The translations under genes and the position numbers were made by a program. The notes under the pieces are model-generated. The model made no database searches. It saw only the letters and a program-made list of their open reading frames with translations, and was not told where the DNA came from. Positions 1 through 15,100 of a stretch of 64,000 nt of DNA are shown piece by piece; the first letter of the stretch is position 1; the number at the start of each line of letters is the position of its first letter. Source of the stretch: Lytechinus pictus (lineage: Eukaryota); assembly GCF_037042905.1 (NCBI RefSeq), contig NC_087245.1:12340001-12404000 (forward strand), given 5' to 3'.

Positions 1-59
1 TACTCTATTTATAAGTATCAAAACAATATCAACATCTCTATATATTGACAAGAACTTAC

Positions 60-194
60 TTCTGCCCATTCTGCAACCATCTTCTCCATGGCTTTCTCAA
101 GGGAATACTCCTTAGAAGCTGCCTCACTGATTCCTTCAAACTTTACTAGGTATGGCTCAAGGTTCATATCTATCATCTTAGACAGGGTGGTGTC
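60..194 (-). CDS. DNAH7: DNAH7 exon 19 (DTTLSKM...[24 protein letters not shown])
   Basis: CAG/GTAAGT, 135 nt, phase 0/0. Confidence 0.95.
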
Positions 195-3100
195 CTGTAA
201 CAAAAACATGCAAGAAAGGTTGGAGAAAAGGATACAAAGATATCGCAGAGGGCCTCTCACTACAGGTCCTTTCAGACTTGGATTACTTTGTTAAAGTGTC
301 CTATGCTGAAATAATGTTCTTCCTTAAAAATGGTATATACTTGGTTCTCTTTGCACTTGTACTCATGCTCACATAATAGAGTGCCTCCAAGTAGATTCTG
401 AGCAGCCTATATCACTTGACTGATACTATCTGTCTAAACATACCCTGTCAGGCACTGGCAAAATTTTGACTGTATAAGTGTGTACATGTACCTGTTTCAG
501 CCGCATGCTTATCAAAACTTGCTTGCACTTCACAATTATTCATTTAAGCCTCATGTATCATATAGTTACATTTACTGATGTGAATCAAAGAAAATTAATA
601 CATGATATCATTTAATTGAATGGCATATAAAATATATATGTGTGGCGTCGCGCAAAAACCAGACTATTGGTGAGAGACAATGAATGCGCTAGGACGTCAT
701 TTAAATACGCGTGTCATCAAACTTTTGTCTGGCGCGCGTCGCGAGGAAAAACAAAACAAACAACCCGCGGGAAATAAAAAAAAATGTCAGGCGCATTTTT
801 ATTTTTCAGAACTGTGGATATCGGCTCGATATATTTGGTGGCGGGTTCGGATACATGTTGATTGAATTTAATTCCCTTGGCTGAAATCCATGAAGGTAAG
901 TTAAATTATGTTGCAGATTGAGTTGTTTTGTTAAATTAATTGATAATTGCGATGCGAGGAACATGGGCATGGCAACTAAACACGTGAATGTGAATTTTGT
1001 GTTGCGTGTTTATGTGGATCGATCGAGAGAGAGCTTTTTTAGGAACGTCTTCAAACGTCAAATTACATGCGACTGCTGCAGCGATTTGCGGTATTTGTCC
1101 GGGACTTTGACGGCCTTTTTAAGATCTAACTTATGTATGCCTAGGCTATCAACTAGATCTAGATCTGCACCTACTTAGATAGGCCTTCGTTACATACTTG
1201 TAACCATTTAAGTTAAATCTATCACATGCAACAAGTTTGTAAAAAATGTATATGAAAAAAAATCAAAATCGGACAAGGAGTAAAAGATGATAATTTAAAA
1301 ATATGGATTTCGGTGAAACAGTTCTATGCATGTTTTTATGAATTTACTTGACAAACTGATGCAAAGATGTCTCACCTTGTTACATGAAATTATGTTTGTT
1401 CTATCCCCCCCCCCTCCAAGACTAGATATTAATTAATGCAAAAAGGTGACATATCATTCACACACGTATGACCAAATAAAATAAGTATGATTTCATGTTT
1501 TGTTATAAGAAAAGTTAAAGTGGGGTGTCATCATCAGCCCATCTAACGAATATCTATTAAGACGTGCATATAACTGTTTTTATAATGCATGAAAAACCCT
1601 TTTAGATCATAGTTGTTTTCAGATTTTGATGAAATTTGCAGCTTTTGTTTACATTTGATGAAATTATTTTCAGCTCGGAGTACCCTTTTAAATCGGTTAA
1701 TTATAGACATTTTTCAAATCCCCTCTCCTAACAAATTCTTATTTGTCGGACTTCTGATTTCAATTTTTTTTTTCGGAGGGGGTGGGGTCTATTTGGTATG
1801 AGCTTCACCAAAGCTGTGCAAATGATATCGAAATTATAACTCGAAAACAGATTGTCACAATTTATAAGAAATTTATTCAAAAATAACAATATATTTTGGG
1901 GGCGGGTGTGGGGGGGGGGTATTTCTTATTTTTTCTACAATCTGGTCGAGCTACATTACATGAGGTTCGCCAACTTTCTACACAAAATCATTCAATATTT
2001 AAAAAAAAATGAAAAGACATATTTTTGAAAATAAAAAAAAATTATAGTTTTAATTGTTTTTTTTTTTTTTTTTTTTCTTAAGTAGTGTTTTTTTTAAAAT
2101 AAACTTTAACTCTGAAAATGTTTAACTAATTGGCCTTGTTTTCTTTCGTTGTGTTAAACATGTTAAGGGCACGGGATCTACAGAGCAATGAGGACAAGAC
2201 ATCACCAACATACAGCTGACAGCAGCCCTTCAAGAAGTACTTTAAGACTCTGATATGGGATTCACCATTACCACAGCTTCAGGTAGCTTTCCATGCTTTA
2301 TCCATATTCTATATGGAAATAGTGTGCCAGTTTTGACCCTTATCATGTCAGTTGTAACCATAAAGATATATACTAATAATACATCTCTATGGTTGTAACC
2401 GATTTTTCCACGAATTAATTGCCGTTTTATAAGATATTGTTTAAAAATTAATTTTACCACTATTAGTACATGAAATCTAGAATTATGGAAAATATAAAAA
2501 ATATAAAATGATAAAAACAATAAAAAATGAAAAAAAATATATAGAATTTGGATAAAGGCTCATGCAGAGAAAGCTTTTTGCAAGTGATATATGATATCAA
2601 AATTAAACATTTAAATATGAACATCTCATGAATTTTGGAGGGATTTTTTTACCTAACAATAGTTAAATCTTATTATTTTTGGTAGAAAAATATGACATCA
2701 GGGAGTACTTCCACCTTTATTAGAAATACAAGTAACATTGACACAAAGCCAAAGAGTGAAAAGTTAATGTATTTTAAATATCATGTTGTTGATAAATGTC
2801 CATGAATCATGAAGAAATGAGAGTGTAATGTGACTGTTTTTATAACACATTAATATCGGTGAACTTTTCAATTGCATTCATCAAAAATGTAGATTTGAGT
2901 CATCGGAACGTGGCATTTTTAAGACTGGAACATGAAGAAAGCAAACAATGCAGAGGAAGAAAATTATCCCCTTTGGTGAACCCTGCTGACATAGTCTCTC
3001 AGATACTGGATTTTCCAAATAGAGGGAATATGATATATGGAAAGATCTTAGATGAGGACAAGGCACCTCGCGGCCTCCCCGGTAGGAGAGGAAATTGAAC

Positions 3101-6100
3101 AATGAATACATGTTTTACTTTGAATGAACAAACTCTGAAGTTTTTCGATAAAAAAATTATACTTAATTTGTAACGTTTGCTAACCCATTAGAAGGATGTC
3201 ATTGTAGAAAATTGAAATATGGTAAGTTTGCTGCTGTAATAAGAAGTTTGTGATAATGTTAAACACACACACTAAGGAGAGATTATCGTGTTTTACATCC
3301 TTTTTAGTGCAAATTTGGACAGTGGAGAGCGATGCACATTCCTGAATTTTGCTAATACTGCTGCATAGAAGAGAGTAAATGTATGTAGTCTCTTCCATAT
3401 CAAGAATTAAACTCTGATATTATTTTTTTATTCAAGCATAAGATGTTTACAACGCATACCATTACACGTGTACAGAGTGTAGCAGAGAAAAGATGACTAT
3501 GTATTTGTGAGTATTTGTTAGTTATAATACCTGTCGTATTAATATGTGGAGCCAAGTTTTTATGCACAGTTTTATTCTTATTTTCAAACGAAGTGACCTA
3601 AAAAAAATCCTTCAGTGATCCAGATAATTTGGCAGCAATTTGTGAAATATATTTTCATGACTACCCCATCCCTAAAAAGAAACCAAATGTGGTCCATTTC
3701 ATTAAATGTTGATATGATCCCTTGCTCGAATGAAAACTACCATGAAAACAGTGAACCTTCTGCTTCCTGATTCGCTAGTTCAATGAAAGTTGATATTTCA
3801 TCAAGAGTTGCTGTCATATTAAATCTTTATGAAATGTAGCTCGCATCAGCTTTTTTACCATTGTGTATTGCCACCGAAAAAACTTGGTTTTGCAAAATTG
3901 AATTTTGTTTGTGGTTATTTTCCAAAGCTTAAGCATGATTTTTTTTAGATTTTACTTTGCGAGAAAGTGAAGTATGGACCAACAGCAAGGTGGTGTCTTT
4001 TTTTTTGGGGGGGGGGTGGTTAAGGGTAGGGACAAATCTAGGATGGAGGTGGGCAGGGGCTTTGGCCCCACTTTTTTCCCCCAGAACGCATGTATAAACA
4101 TGTAAAAAATTACCATTTGATTGTGATTTTTTTTTTTGCATGGACAGCCCTTCCTATTTTCAAAAAATGTTCTGCGGCGCCTGTGGGGGTGGGCATCCCC
4201 CAAAAAATGATAAGCTGCCCCCCCCCCCCCCCAACAACAAAAAAATCAGATATATAACCCAACCTCATCTTCCCCTGGTCATTGGATCTGGGAACCTCCT
4301 CCCATTTTAAAACTACGCGCTATGACGAACTATACATAGTATGACAAATAGTCTCCATAAGGTTTTTTTTTTGCATGTAATGTGAGTGTGTGGGTGTGGG
4401 TTCTAGTGTGGGTGTGGTTGAATATGTAGAATAATTTGTTTTATTGTATTCGCCTAGCTGTGTATATATAAAAATTATGTCTGCACTACAAAATATCACC
4501 TCGCCTATGCCAGGTATGTTGGGCGTTACAAAGGAACCAACATTTCCCTATCATGAAAAGATGAATAATAAGCCCGACTACCATGACGACCCAAACAGCC
4601 AGGCAGGGGGGGGGGGGTATCCCTGATTCAATTGGCCATATCTCTAATTTAAATATGAATTAGACTCTAATATTTTGTATACACATGGTACATGTGTCCA
4701 TGTACCAGAAAACATTAAAAAAACAAAATCCAAAATTTCACCTATAATACCCATTTTCCCAGGATGGCCCACATATAATAAACAGCAACAGTAACAACAG
4801 CATGGCAGGAAATCATCTGCCAAAAAGTGTGGAAGCAATAAAGTCTGCCTTTTTGGCACTCTGCTGCTGTCCGAGTTTTAACTGGAGTTGAAGCTATGAC
4901 ATTACTAAAGCTACCTTCTCATACTATTTGAGCAAAATGTGCACTAGGTCAAGTAAATTTTGCACAGTCTATCTGATAAAATCTAGATGATGACAAATTA
5001 ACATTTTGAGTGCTAATTACAGCTTTACAATATAAATTTGTGTTTCACAGTGGAATACAATGTGTTGTGTTTGCATGCTATCTTATACAACACTATTTAA
5101 TATGTGTACATGACATGTGATGGTAAAACACAGATCTGTAATGTGGACTGTGCTCTCTGTGCTATATTCTGGTAACTATATTTATTGGTGTAAAGGTCTC
5201 ATGTGAAGCAATGCTGACATTTCTGACGTAAATACTGAATTGTTGTTACATATTCATATAATCTTGTCAAGTGCAAAGGGAGAATGGAAAATATATTCTA
5301 GAGAAATGTGTGGTAAAAATCCAACATGAACAATATTCAATATATAATACATGTACATAATTTACTTTACTTATATACTTGTGCCACTAGTTTTAACATG
5401 CCATGCTATTAATCTTACCTTGAATTTCCTCACTCTCTCCTCCCATGGCTTTGGAAGTTGATTAGGATAACATTTATTACGGGAGGTAATTCATAATAAT
5501 CATTCAGACAAGATGGAGGGGCTACACCTGTCTGCTAGTGTTCTGCTCTTCTTTTTTCCCCTTTATGTCATTATGTATAATATATTACAATTAAATGGGT
5601 GGGTGGGTGAGTGGGTGGACGAACGGACAGATGGATGGATAAGTAAACTACTTGCTTATCTGCAGTTACTTTATTCTTAACAGCTCTTATTGATTTTACT
5701 GATTGGAATAAGCCTCTTTGAAGTTAGTTTTATATTACTATTTTGAAACATTCACACACAGGCAGTGTTTATTTTCTAAATTACAAGAATAACATTAACA
5801 GTCAGAATTGATTAAAGGTCCTTACGAATAGTAACCTTTTGGAATGACCTTGTTTGAATGAAACAAAGTCTAAAATATCACATGAAATAATAATCAAAGA
5901 ATTTTCAATTTTCAATTTTGCCTGAAAAATGGTATATCGTACTGTACATACTCAATTATTTATGATTACCTCATCAGGTTTGAGCGGGAAGCCAACAATA
6001 TCAGCCATCTGTTCCCAATGACGATCTCTAAGACCTGGGTTACATACTGATGTGACCAATGGGATGTACTCCTTGAAGTTATCCACCTACAAAGCAAATG

Positions 6101-9100
6101 AAGCCAATTATTAGTGAGATTAATAGGTCTTTGAAGAGTAGAAACAAAATTGTATTTGGGTTGTATGGCACACAGTGAATGGGGTTGGGTCATTTTCAGG
6201 TCTGGTCATACCTTGTCTTTGACTTTCTCAGCAATCTTCTTAGCAGTAGGTACCTCCGAGAATTGCTTCTCAAGCTTATAGAGTGTCCTCCAGTAGTTAC
6301 CCATATCAGCATCCACCTGATCAGGGTTCACTTCAGAGAAAGCACCTTCCATCCAATTTCTGTTAAAGTCAAATCAAGAAAACAAAATTACAATAAGAAA
6401 TGACCAGAGGGTTCTGAAATCTTTTAGAATTAACTACAAGCCTTGAAGTATTGCCTGAAAATGCATTGCCTCTAACTGGGTTCAGACTTCCTCCATCAGA
6501 TAACTGACATTCCTAGATTATGCTTAAGTTCTGTTAAAGGTTCAGAATGCCAAATAAAGTGTTTGAATATAGAAGATAATATTATAGACCATAGAAGCAG
6601 ATTAACAGTTATCATCAACAATTTTCTCTAACAAGTAATTCATATGTTGTATGGCATATGGGGCCCTGGCAGGAATTCATTCTTGATTCGCAGAGTGCAT
6701 TACAGCTGCTCTGCTAAAGTCATGGTACCAATACTACATTGTTGAGAGATATTTGTAGCTAGAGATTTATTATTATAATGAATTTAATGTTTTGCCACAA
6801 TTAACATAAAACTACAAAAATATGTTCAAAGTGTCTATAAGTGTCAGGCCATACTTAGTCAGCCCTTGTGCTCTTCATATTCAAGAAATGGCAAGTCATT
6901 CATATCCCTATGCTACATTTCACAAAAAATAAACCACAGGTTCATTGCTACTTACTTGTGCTTTGTGTTGAATTCTACAGTAGTTTCATAGAGCTTGAGG
7001 TACGGGGTTAGGGTGCTGACGATGGTATTCTTATGAGGATAAGCAGATGTCTGCCAGCCAAATGACTCTTCTTCTGTGTTGAAGGCTTCAATCTGTGTGA
7101 GCAGAAAACGAGACAAAATCCATTCAATCCATGAAGAACCTCGAGAGACATGAACTATTCAAGAGCTTTCATATTGTAGTCAAGAGGGTCAAGAATGTCT
7201 CATCATTACTGAACACAATGTGTGCCTGTCTTACCCCCCCCCCCCCCACCCCTGAAGATTATTCTCTCTGTATGTTATATGTAGACTTATACCCCAGTCA
7301 AAATGATGAAGTAATTACCTGCAATTGACTGTACATACTGTATTAATTAAAAAAATATACTCAACTTCTTAATCTGGTTATTTACCCTGCAAATACCTGG
7401 CCCTTCATGGGTCTTGAAAGGAGTTTAACACAAGAATTAAATAGCCAAGGTTTTAAGTTGATATAATAACAAATTGGAATTAAATTCTAGTTACAGTAAA
7501 CTTTTCAGACCTTCATATCCAGTTTGACAAACCTGGCTTTGGATCTGGAGACTGGATATTGTAAGGCATATAATAAAAGTATTCATTATCTCTTTTAAAA
7601 TGAAATTAGATGACAAATTGACATACCTTCTCTGCAGCTGCTTCAAGCCTGTTGCTGAGAGCCTGGGCTTTTTTGAGGTATCGATTGACCTCTGACAAAT
7701 CACCAAATGTCTGGAATTCCTCAAGCTGCTTGGTGTAGCTCTCCAGCTCTTCTTGGAATCTCTCTCTCCTCAACTGCAAAGAAATTTAAACAAGTGAAGA
7801 GAAAATTAAAATTGATATCAATAGAGGAGCTGAATGAGTTTATTTGTGAAATAAATTGAATTACACTGAATAAATTTATGGAAGTAACAAAAGGCAATGA
7901 TAAATGCCTGAATGCACACACAAAAATAATTATTGAGAAAATCCTTGATGCAGCAAGCACATTGGAATGATTAATTTGTACATGAAAAGATATATGAGCA
8001 AAGAAAAATCACATTAAAAAATTATTAGTATAACCAGAGCAGAAAGTATTGCAATCAGAATGAACTCCATCAAACAAATGAAAATATGATTTTGCAAAAA
8101 TTGAAAGTGAACATTTTGGACTTTCAATTGATATTGTGAGCTGCGTTAAAATGCAACTTTTTCTGCATCAGGGCCCAGTACAGGTTAAATCTATCATCCG
8201 CAGCACTGGGTTTGAACCTGAAAGATGACCTACCGTGAGTCCCTCCTGGTATTGGGCAGTCTTCTCATCTACAATGGTCCTATGCTCTGCAAAGATCTCT
8301 GGCATGCGCTCATGCCACTGGAACGTACTGCTGTTCAGACGTATCTCAGCGGGAGAAAATGAGGCATAATCCACCAGGAAGGTTAGTCGGTCCCTACTTT
8401 GGACCAGGTCCTTCTCAAGCTCATGGATGGTCTTCTTCTCAACGTTCTCAATAAATGCCCGCAGTTCCATTAGTTTCTCTGTGTTTGGAGGTGTGGTGAG
8501 AGCTTTCTCGGCAATGGCTTCGTATTCTTCACACAGTCTAATTGAATAGAACATAGAAGCAGGAATTAATATTTCATTTCACATACTAAAACAATTTCTT
8601 CCTAGAATTTAGTATTGAGATATTATATCAACTAATAAAGCAATGTCTTTGTACTCTCAAGTTCAAGTGAGACATATAAGTAGCAATAAACATTTCATAT
8701 CAGAAACTTACAAAAAGATCTTTGAGTAAACACAACTAAACAACACATTCCTATCTGTGTTATCAGCTAAGATACAATTTTTTTAATCCATGTGGAATAT
8801 TGAACCTTCTCAACAGGACTTATGATGCCAAGGAGAATTTTTTCACATCATCTGATCCTGGGGCAGGTCTTATAAAACTTGTTATAGTAACAAATTTGCA
8901 ACACCAGTTAAAACCTACTGAAGATACCCTCTAGGGAGACTTGATGCCAGGGGAGATGTGCTCTAGATTTGTCATACTTGGAAATGATATTGAGGGAGTA
9001 ATCCTGTGATGCTTCTCACCTGTGTGCTTAGGAATACATGCATGAATAACCCTATGACTGTTTCATTGTTTCATCAACATCAAACTTAAGAAAATGATTA

Positions 9101-12100
9101 CTCTGACTCACTTGCGGTTGGCTTCAGCATGATCCTTGCACATCCTTGCAAGGAGGCGTTCCATCAGGCTTTCAGCTCTCTTGGAGAGGGCTCGGATCAG
9201 TTCATCACAATGCAGCTCAAACATGCCTAATCTCACCACCTAGGATATGAAAATCAAGAACCCACAAATTATCATGATGTAATCAATGCCAAAAAATCAT
9301 TACAAAATTTTGTCATAGTGTCCATAGGTGTTGAGACGAATCATGTTTATTTAATAAGCTAATAAATGTGCACTGAACACTTCATGTCAACAAACAGGGT
9401 CCAAACTTTCTGGGAAAATCTTACAAAATCATGATAGATTATTTCGCTTTTACTTGTTTTAATTTTCTCTAACTTGTTTTTAAAGAAGGTCACACAAATC
9501 CACAGAAACTTGCTGTAACTAGCAAAATTGGGAAGCAAAATAGGAGGCATTCAGTTTAAATTTATCGACTTGCAGAAGTTTACCTGTATGCCAATATACC
9601 ATTGGTTGTTACAAGAACAGGACATTTCAAGATTGTCAGTAACTTACTGCTGCCTAACAAAAGAATATCTGGTCTCCACCCATAGGGAAAAAAGGCATAA
9701 TTAGCAAAACAAATGCACTTTAAAATCTTACAGATCCCCAAAACAAAAGCAGCAAAAAAGCTAAGCGCTTGCACATCAGAAAAAAATAACTATGAAATAT
9801 AACTAGTGTTGACAATGTATCTGTTTTTAAAAAAAAATGTTAACAGGATATATCTGTTCATGTGTGGGTCTAAATTTAATGATTAAAAAAATAGAAATGT
9901 GTGTTCTTATCAAATGCAAAACAAATAAAATTGCAGTAATGCAGAAAAACTATATGTGCAGCTGAAGTTTTCAGATATCTTGTATCTTAAATTCGACAAA
10001 TACAAAATAGTGGTGACAGACATATTTATATTACAATCTAAAACAAAAACAGATGTAACAGTTAATTTGCGCATTGCACAAACAGACACAGCACATTCAA
10101 CATTGAAATTAAACAATTAAGATGTATCTATTTCTAATCCACATGTACATTTAACTTGAGAAAGGGAAAATCATTGTGTTATTGTTCATCTAATGATGAT
10201 CATATGTAACAGAGAGAGATAGTGATGATTAAGTACATGTATGAGTGAAGGTAGAAACATGAAATGCTTAAGTGATATGCATTTGTACAATTCATTTGAA
10301 AAAAAAGGTTCTACTAATTAGATAAATAAAGAAATGTCATAAAGATTTTTGAGTCATTAGTACTCATGTACGAACATCAGCAATAATGTACCAATAGATA
10401 TATGAAGTGCTTAACATTTAACATGAAGACTAATGTTATAAATTGTGATTAGTGGCACCAGAACGTTCTGATGAGATGAAAGATAAGAGGGGCAAGCTAT
10501 TTTGTGTTAACGATAGTTGCTCATCCATTCCTTTCATAAGAACGTTCTGGCATCACTGCTTGTGATAAGGTCTCCTGATGTTCATGGTTTTAAAAAAGTC
10601 AAATTAGACAAATAACTTGACTGCAACTTATTAGACAGTTTGATTCAATATACTGGTAGTTGTGCTTTGTTTACTATGGTAGAAAGTGCTAGATACATGT
10701 AAATCCAGCTATTATTATTATCATCATTATCTTACATATTTCCATCTAAAATTGTTTAAATATCAGGTATTGCATTATATAAATTGATGGAGATGATATT
10801 TGTAAGAGTGTAAAAGATCTAAATAAGTACATTAAATTCAGTAGTGCTGGATATATGGTCATAAATATGTGTACAACTAATACTTATTTCTCATAAGAAT
10901 TTACAGACCTTTTCCATAATTTCCACATTCTGATTTATGGAACAAATAAGAAGAATCAAATCAATTCATACAAAGTGAAGAAATATTTTTCTTTTAATTC
11001 TTGCAAAAAGGTCAATATCTATTACATAATTATTAGTATATATATATGTCATCAAGAGAGGTAGCAGAACTTGAATTGAAAAACAAATTCATAATTTGAG
11101 ATGTTCTACACAATGAAAAATTTTCATTCCTAACTTGCTTACCAATGTCAAAAAATACAAATTATTCCACAAATGAATTAATCTACATTAGCATACTGAC
11201 TTGACTGATATCTTAATGGAAATATAACACCATGTATTGATTACTTTTTGTACATATCTTCATTGAAATGTAACACTTTGTAGTTATTACTTTCTGTTAA
11301 TATTGAATTTTTCTATGAAAATTTGAGTTTAAAAAGATACCTTGGATTTGGATTTGCCAAGAGTAATGCATTAAATTATCTAAATGCAAATGCACCATCC
11401 ATCCCAGTGAATATCTGACATATCTAGGGAAACTATTTTCAGACGGAATATCTTGTACTTTTGATAGATTAGTCATGTGACAAGTGTTAACATAATGAAG
11501 TACTTGTGAACTCAATGGAAATGGGGGAATTGGTAACCCCTCAATAAAACATATGGAAACAATAAACTTCAGTTGTCAAAGAGTTGATTAGAACAGACAG
11601 TGTCCAGTTATACACACAAAGAAAATGTAACCACAATATGTTAACAAGAGCCCACTTCAACCAATCACAACAAACCTTTCTCTGATCAGCACCATCCTAA
11701 ATCAAACAAGTAAAAATCAAACAAAATGAAGAAAGTAACATTTAAACATAAACCACATAACTACATTCATGTCAATTACATGAATGCATATTAGAGATCA
11801 CTGTGTGTGTTGGGAGTTTAAAAGCCATCTTCTGATTCTATGAATGGTATGAATTGGAAAGCAAATTTGATTTCTAAGAATTATTTTGTGACTTTAATTC
11901 TGTTGTTTTCCTTGTCATTTCTTGATAGCTAATTTCAAATTTTGTATGGCTTCTGTTACTCTAATGGCATATATTTTGTACATACAACAGAGTTGAGATT
12001 AACCAATATAGAGATCTTATCAATAACATTGTGCTTTCCTATAACCATCCACACAATAGCCATTCAAAATAAGTGTAAATACATACAAAAGAGAAATATC

Positions 12101-15100
12101 ACCCCTTAATATCCAGATAACCCAAAACCATAGACCCCATCAAATCTGGTGAATTATTGCACAATATCTACATCAAAATAAATCAATGTGAAATATGTTG
12201 TAACTCATCCTCATGCCATCTTGGTTCATAAGAACAAAATATTGACATCCGGAAAAAAAATCATGTGGTGCCCAACAGCAAATGGAAACCCCTGTGCTTC
12301 CGATCATGACCTTTCACCCTGGATAAACCAAATGTATGACATTACCTTTCTGGTATGGAACATGATCTCTTCATTAAGCTGATGGTATTTCTCCACTTCC
12401 TTGGTGTATTCATCAAAGGTATGTTCCTCCTGCATGAACTGATCTACATCACCATCAGCCTGGGCAGACACAAGATGATAAGAAGCAATGAATGGACGAA
12501 ATAGAACAATTTATATTTCAGGATGAATAAATTATACCCTGGCAAAGAGGAGACCATTTACAAGGATTACTTCAAAACCTCTTCACGAGGCACTGCTGAA
12601 GCTTACACATTTCTTATAAGAGCTATCAAACAACCAAGAAAGATAAACAGTCCTTTTCAGGACAACATACATGGTGTTTACCACAAACTTCCATAATTAC
12701 ACATTTCTTCATATACGGCAACATAATATTAGAAGGAATAACTGATTTTTTACTACCTGAACTCTTAGTGATAAAGGGATGTTTACCAACCTGTTTGTTG
12801 ATTAGGAACATGTATTTGTCGTATATCTTCAGATGTTCCTTTGGACGTTCACTCTCTCGTTTGATGATCTCTTTGACCTTAGCCTTGTGCTCACTCAGGA
12901 TTTCATCAAGGATGATAGGATGCAATGTAGACTTGGGTCCATTCTGAGGATAGAGAGAACAGAAGATGTCTGTTAAGTTTTCCAGATATTTACCCATGAG
13001 ACAAAAATACTGTTTCATAGAGGCTATTAGTTAGTCAGTAATTCAAAATTTTAAACCCCATTTGTCCATATTAAACAGGGTGGCCAGATTCACAAAATTT
13101 CTTATCTAAATACAAACATTTTAAAATGAGACCTGTGCATAAAGAGCACTTGTGGGATACCAAAATGATTGTTATATGCAGAAGGTAGATATAACACTCA
13201 GAATTACTTAGAAAAATGAAAATCATCTAAAATGGTACTTTTAAACAAACATATGTTGACCTTGGAAAACAAATATTTTGAAAAGAAATATTTTGCACAT
13301 TTGACTGAAATGTGATAGTGCTATAAATAGTTGTCTTTATGGTCAGATTCCATTTATAGCATGCTGCAGTAAGGACTCATGCTTAATTAGAATGACAGAA
13401 ATGGTGAAATTGTAATCTTCGTAGCCAAGTTGTCCTTATACAAAGATGGTCACTAAATGCAGGTTTGACGGTACTTACCCATTCTGAATAGAGCTTGGTC
13501 TCAACCCTTGGAATGACACTGACAGATTTAATCATGACATCATAGACATTAAGAAGAACAACTTCAAAGTCCGGGAAAGTTGGTTCAAACTTGATGTCAC
13601 TTCCATCCAACACTAGCCTGATAACAAAGCCAGGGTGCTCAAAGGCACGGATGGAGGTCTGTAAGTATGGAGTGAGAAAAGTTATAAGGAATGCACAAGA
13701 TTATTACAAAATTATATAACAAGTTCAAATACATGTATGTAAGTGCCTAACTATGTACTATGATATGTCTGGTTGTTTTTGTACACTGAGGCTGCCCGAT
13801 CACCATCAATTATCACACACCTCAAGTTTGATCACACAAAGGTACAGGGCAAACATAAAATTAAGTGGCAGCCCCTCAGCACCTATACATTCATACAGTT
13901 TAACATGGAACAGTAAATTTGAGAGTCTCTGGTATGGAAATTTATGAATTTTTATGGTTCTTTTAAATTGTAATGCTCTGGCACTTAAATTTAGAGCTAA
14001 AATGGAGATCTCAGCAGTGGCACATATTTTTTTATATATAATCTTTCTGTCCAAGTAGCAAAATGCCAGATTAGTTGATCTCATGTTCAGTATCAGAGAT
14101 TCTTTTTTGTGTTATTTTTTTTTTTATATTCTGAAAACTTGTTGATAGCTACTGTTGCACACAATCATTCAGATAGTCTCGACTGCTTACCGGTGACTGG
14201 TAGATGAGACTACTGAAGTCATCCATGGATACTAGACAGAGTTCCTGGAGTTGCTGGGTCATCAAGGTGGCAGCACAGTTGAAGAAAGCCTCAAGCTTCT
14301 TGCCATTGTGGTTGCTTGGTACCAGCTTCCTACGGTTACCCTGATAGTAGATGTTCTGAACTTCAGGAAACCACCTGATGAGGAAAGTTACATCATTCTA
14401 TGAAAACATCTTCACTATTTAAAATATTGGCACCATTTTCATGAACAATCCCAAGAGGATCAGATATGATTTTTGTAGATGAAGGTATTTATAGTTTAGT
14501 TTCTGGTTTTAAGTTTGGATCAATTTTGAGACACCTTTTAAAATTTATAACTACTTCAACAACAATGTGTTGAATTTAGCCCATGGGTTGAGTTTAACAT
14601 ATCTGCGAATTCATGCCATATTGGTCATAGGTGATATCTGTATATAAGTGTCAAGATGTTAAATAATGCAAAAGAAAATTTAGCTTTAACATGATTCATC
14701 ATTAAGGTTAAATCCTACTTGTCTTAGCAAGCAATATAATTTTAAAACTAGCTGAAATGCTTGAAAATGCTGAAAACAAAAACAGTATCACCCCACTTAC
14801 TTCTTCATCAATTTCTCTTTGGCTCCTTCTATGTGTCTCATGACAAGAGTCTGGAACAATGGTAGCTCCATGGATGTAGACTTCTGATGAAACTCTTGGA
14901 TGTCAACCAACCTCAAATTTCTGTTTCAAATAAACCCCAAACGGAGTGTGATCAGTTATCAACAGAATAAAAAAAGTTCATAGTTCAATCATATGAGATA
15001 TGACATATAGCTTAAATTACATCTGTACAAATCTAATAGGGGCAATATATAAAATTAATATTTTAGAAATGAAAGTCCCATTTATCATTCAACACATCTC

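Noticed and set aside
2160..3111. Coding-looking segments (ORF 2859-3098) in DNAH7 intron 18, possible nested gene or transposase relic
   Set aside because: No recognisable motif or consistent splice structure; a translated database search would be needed.
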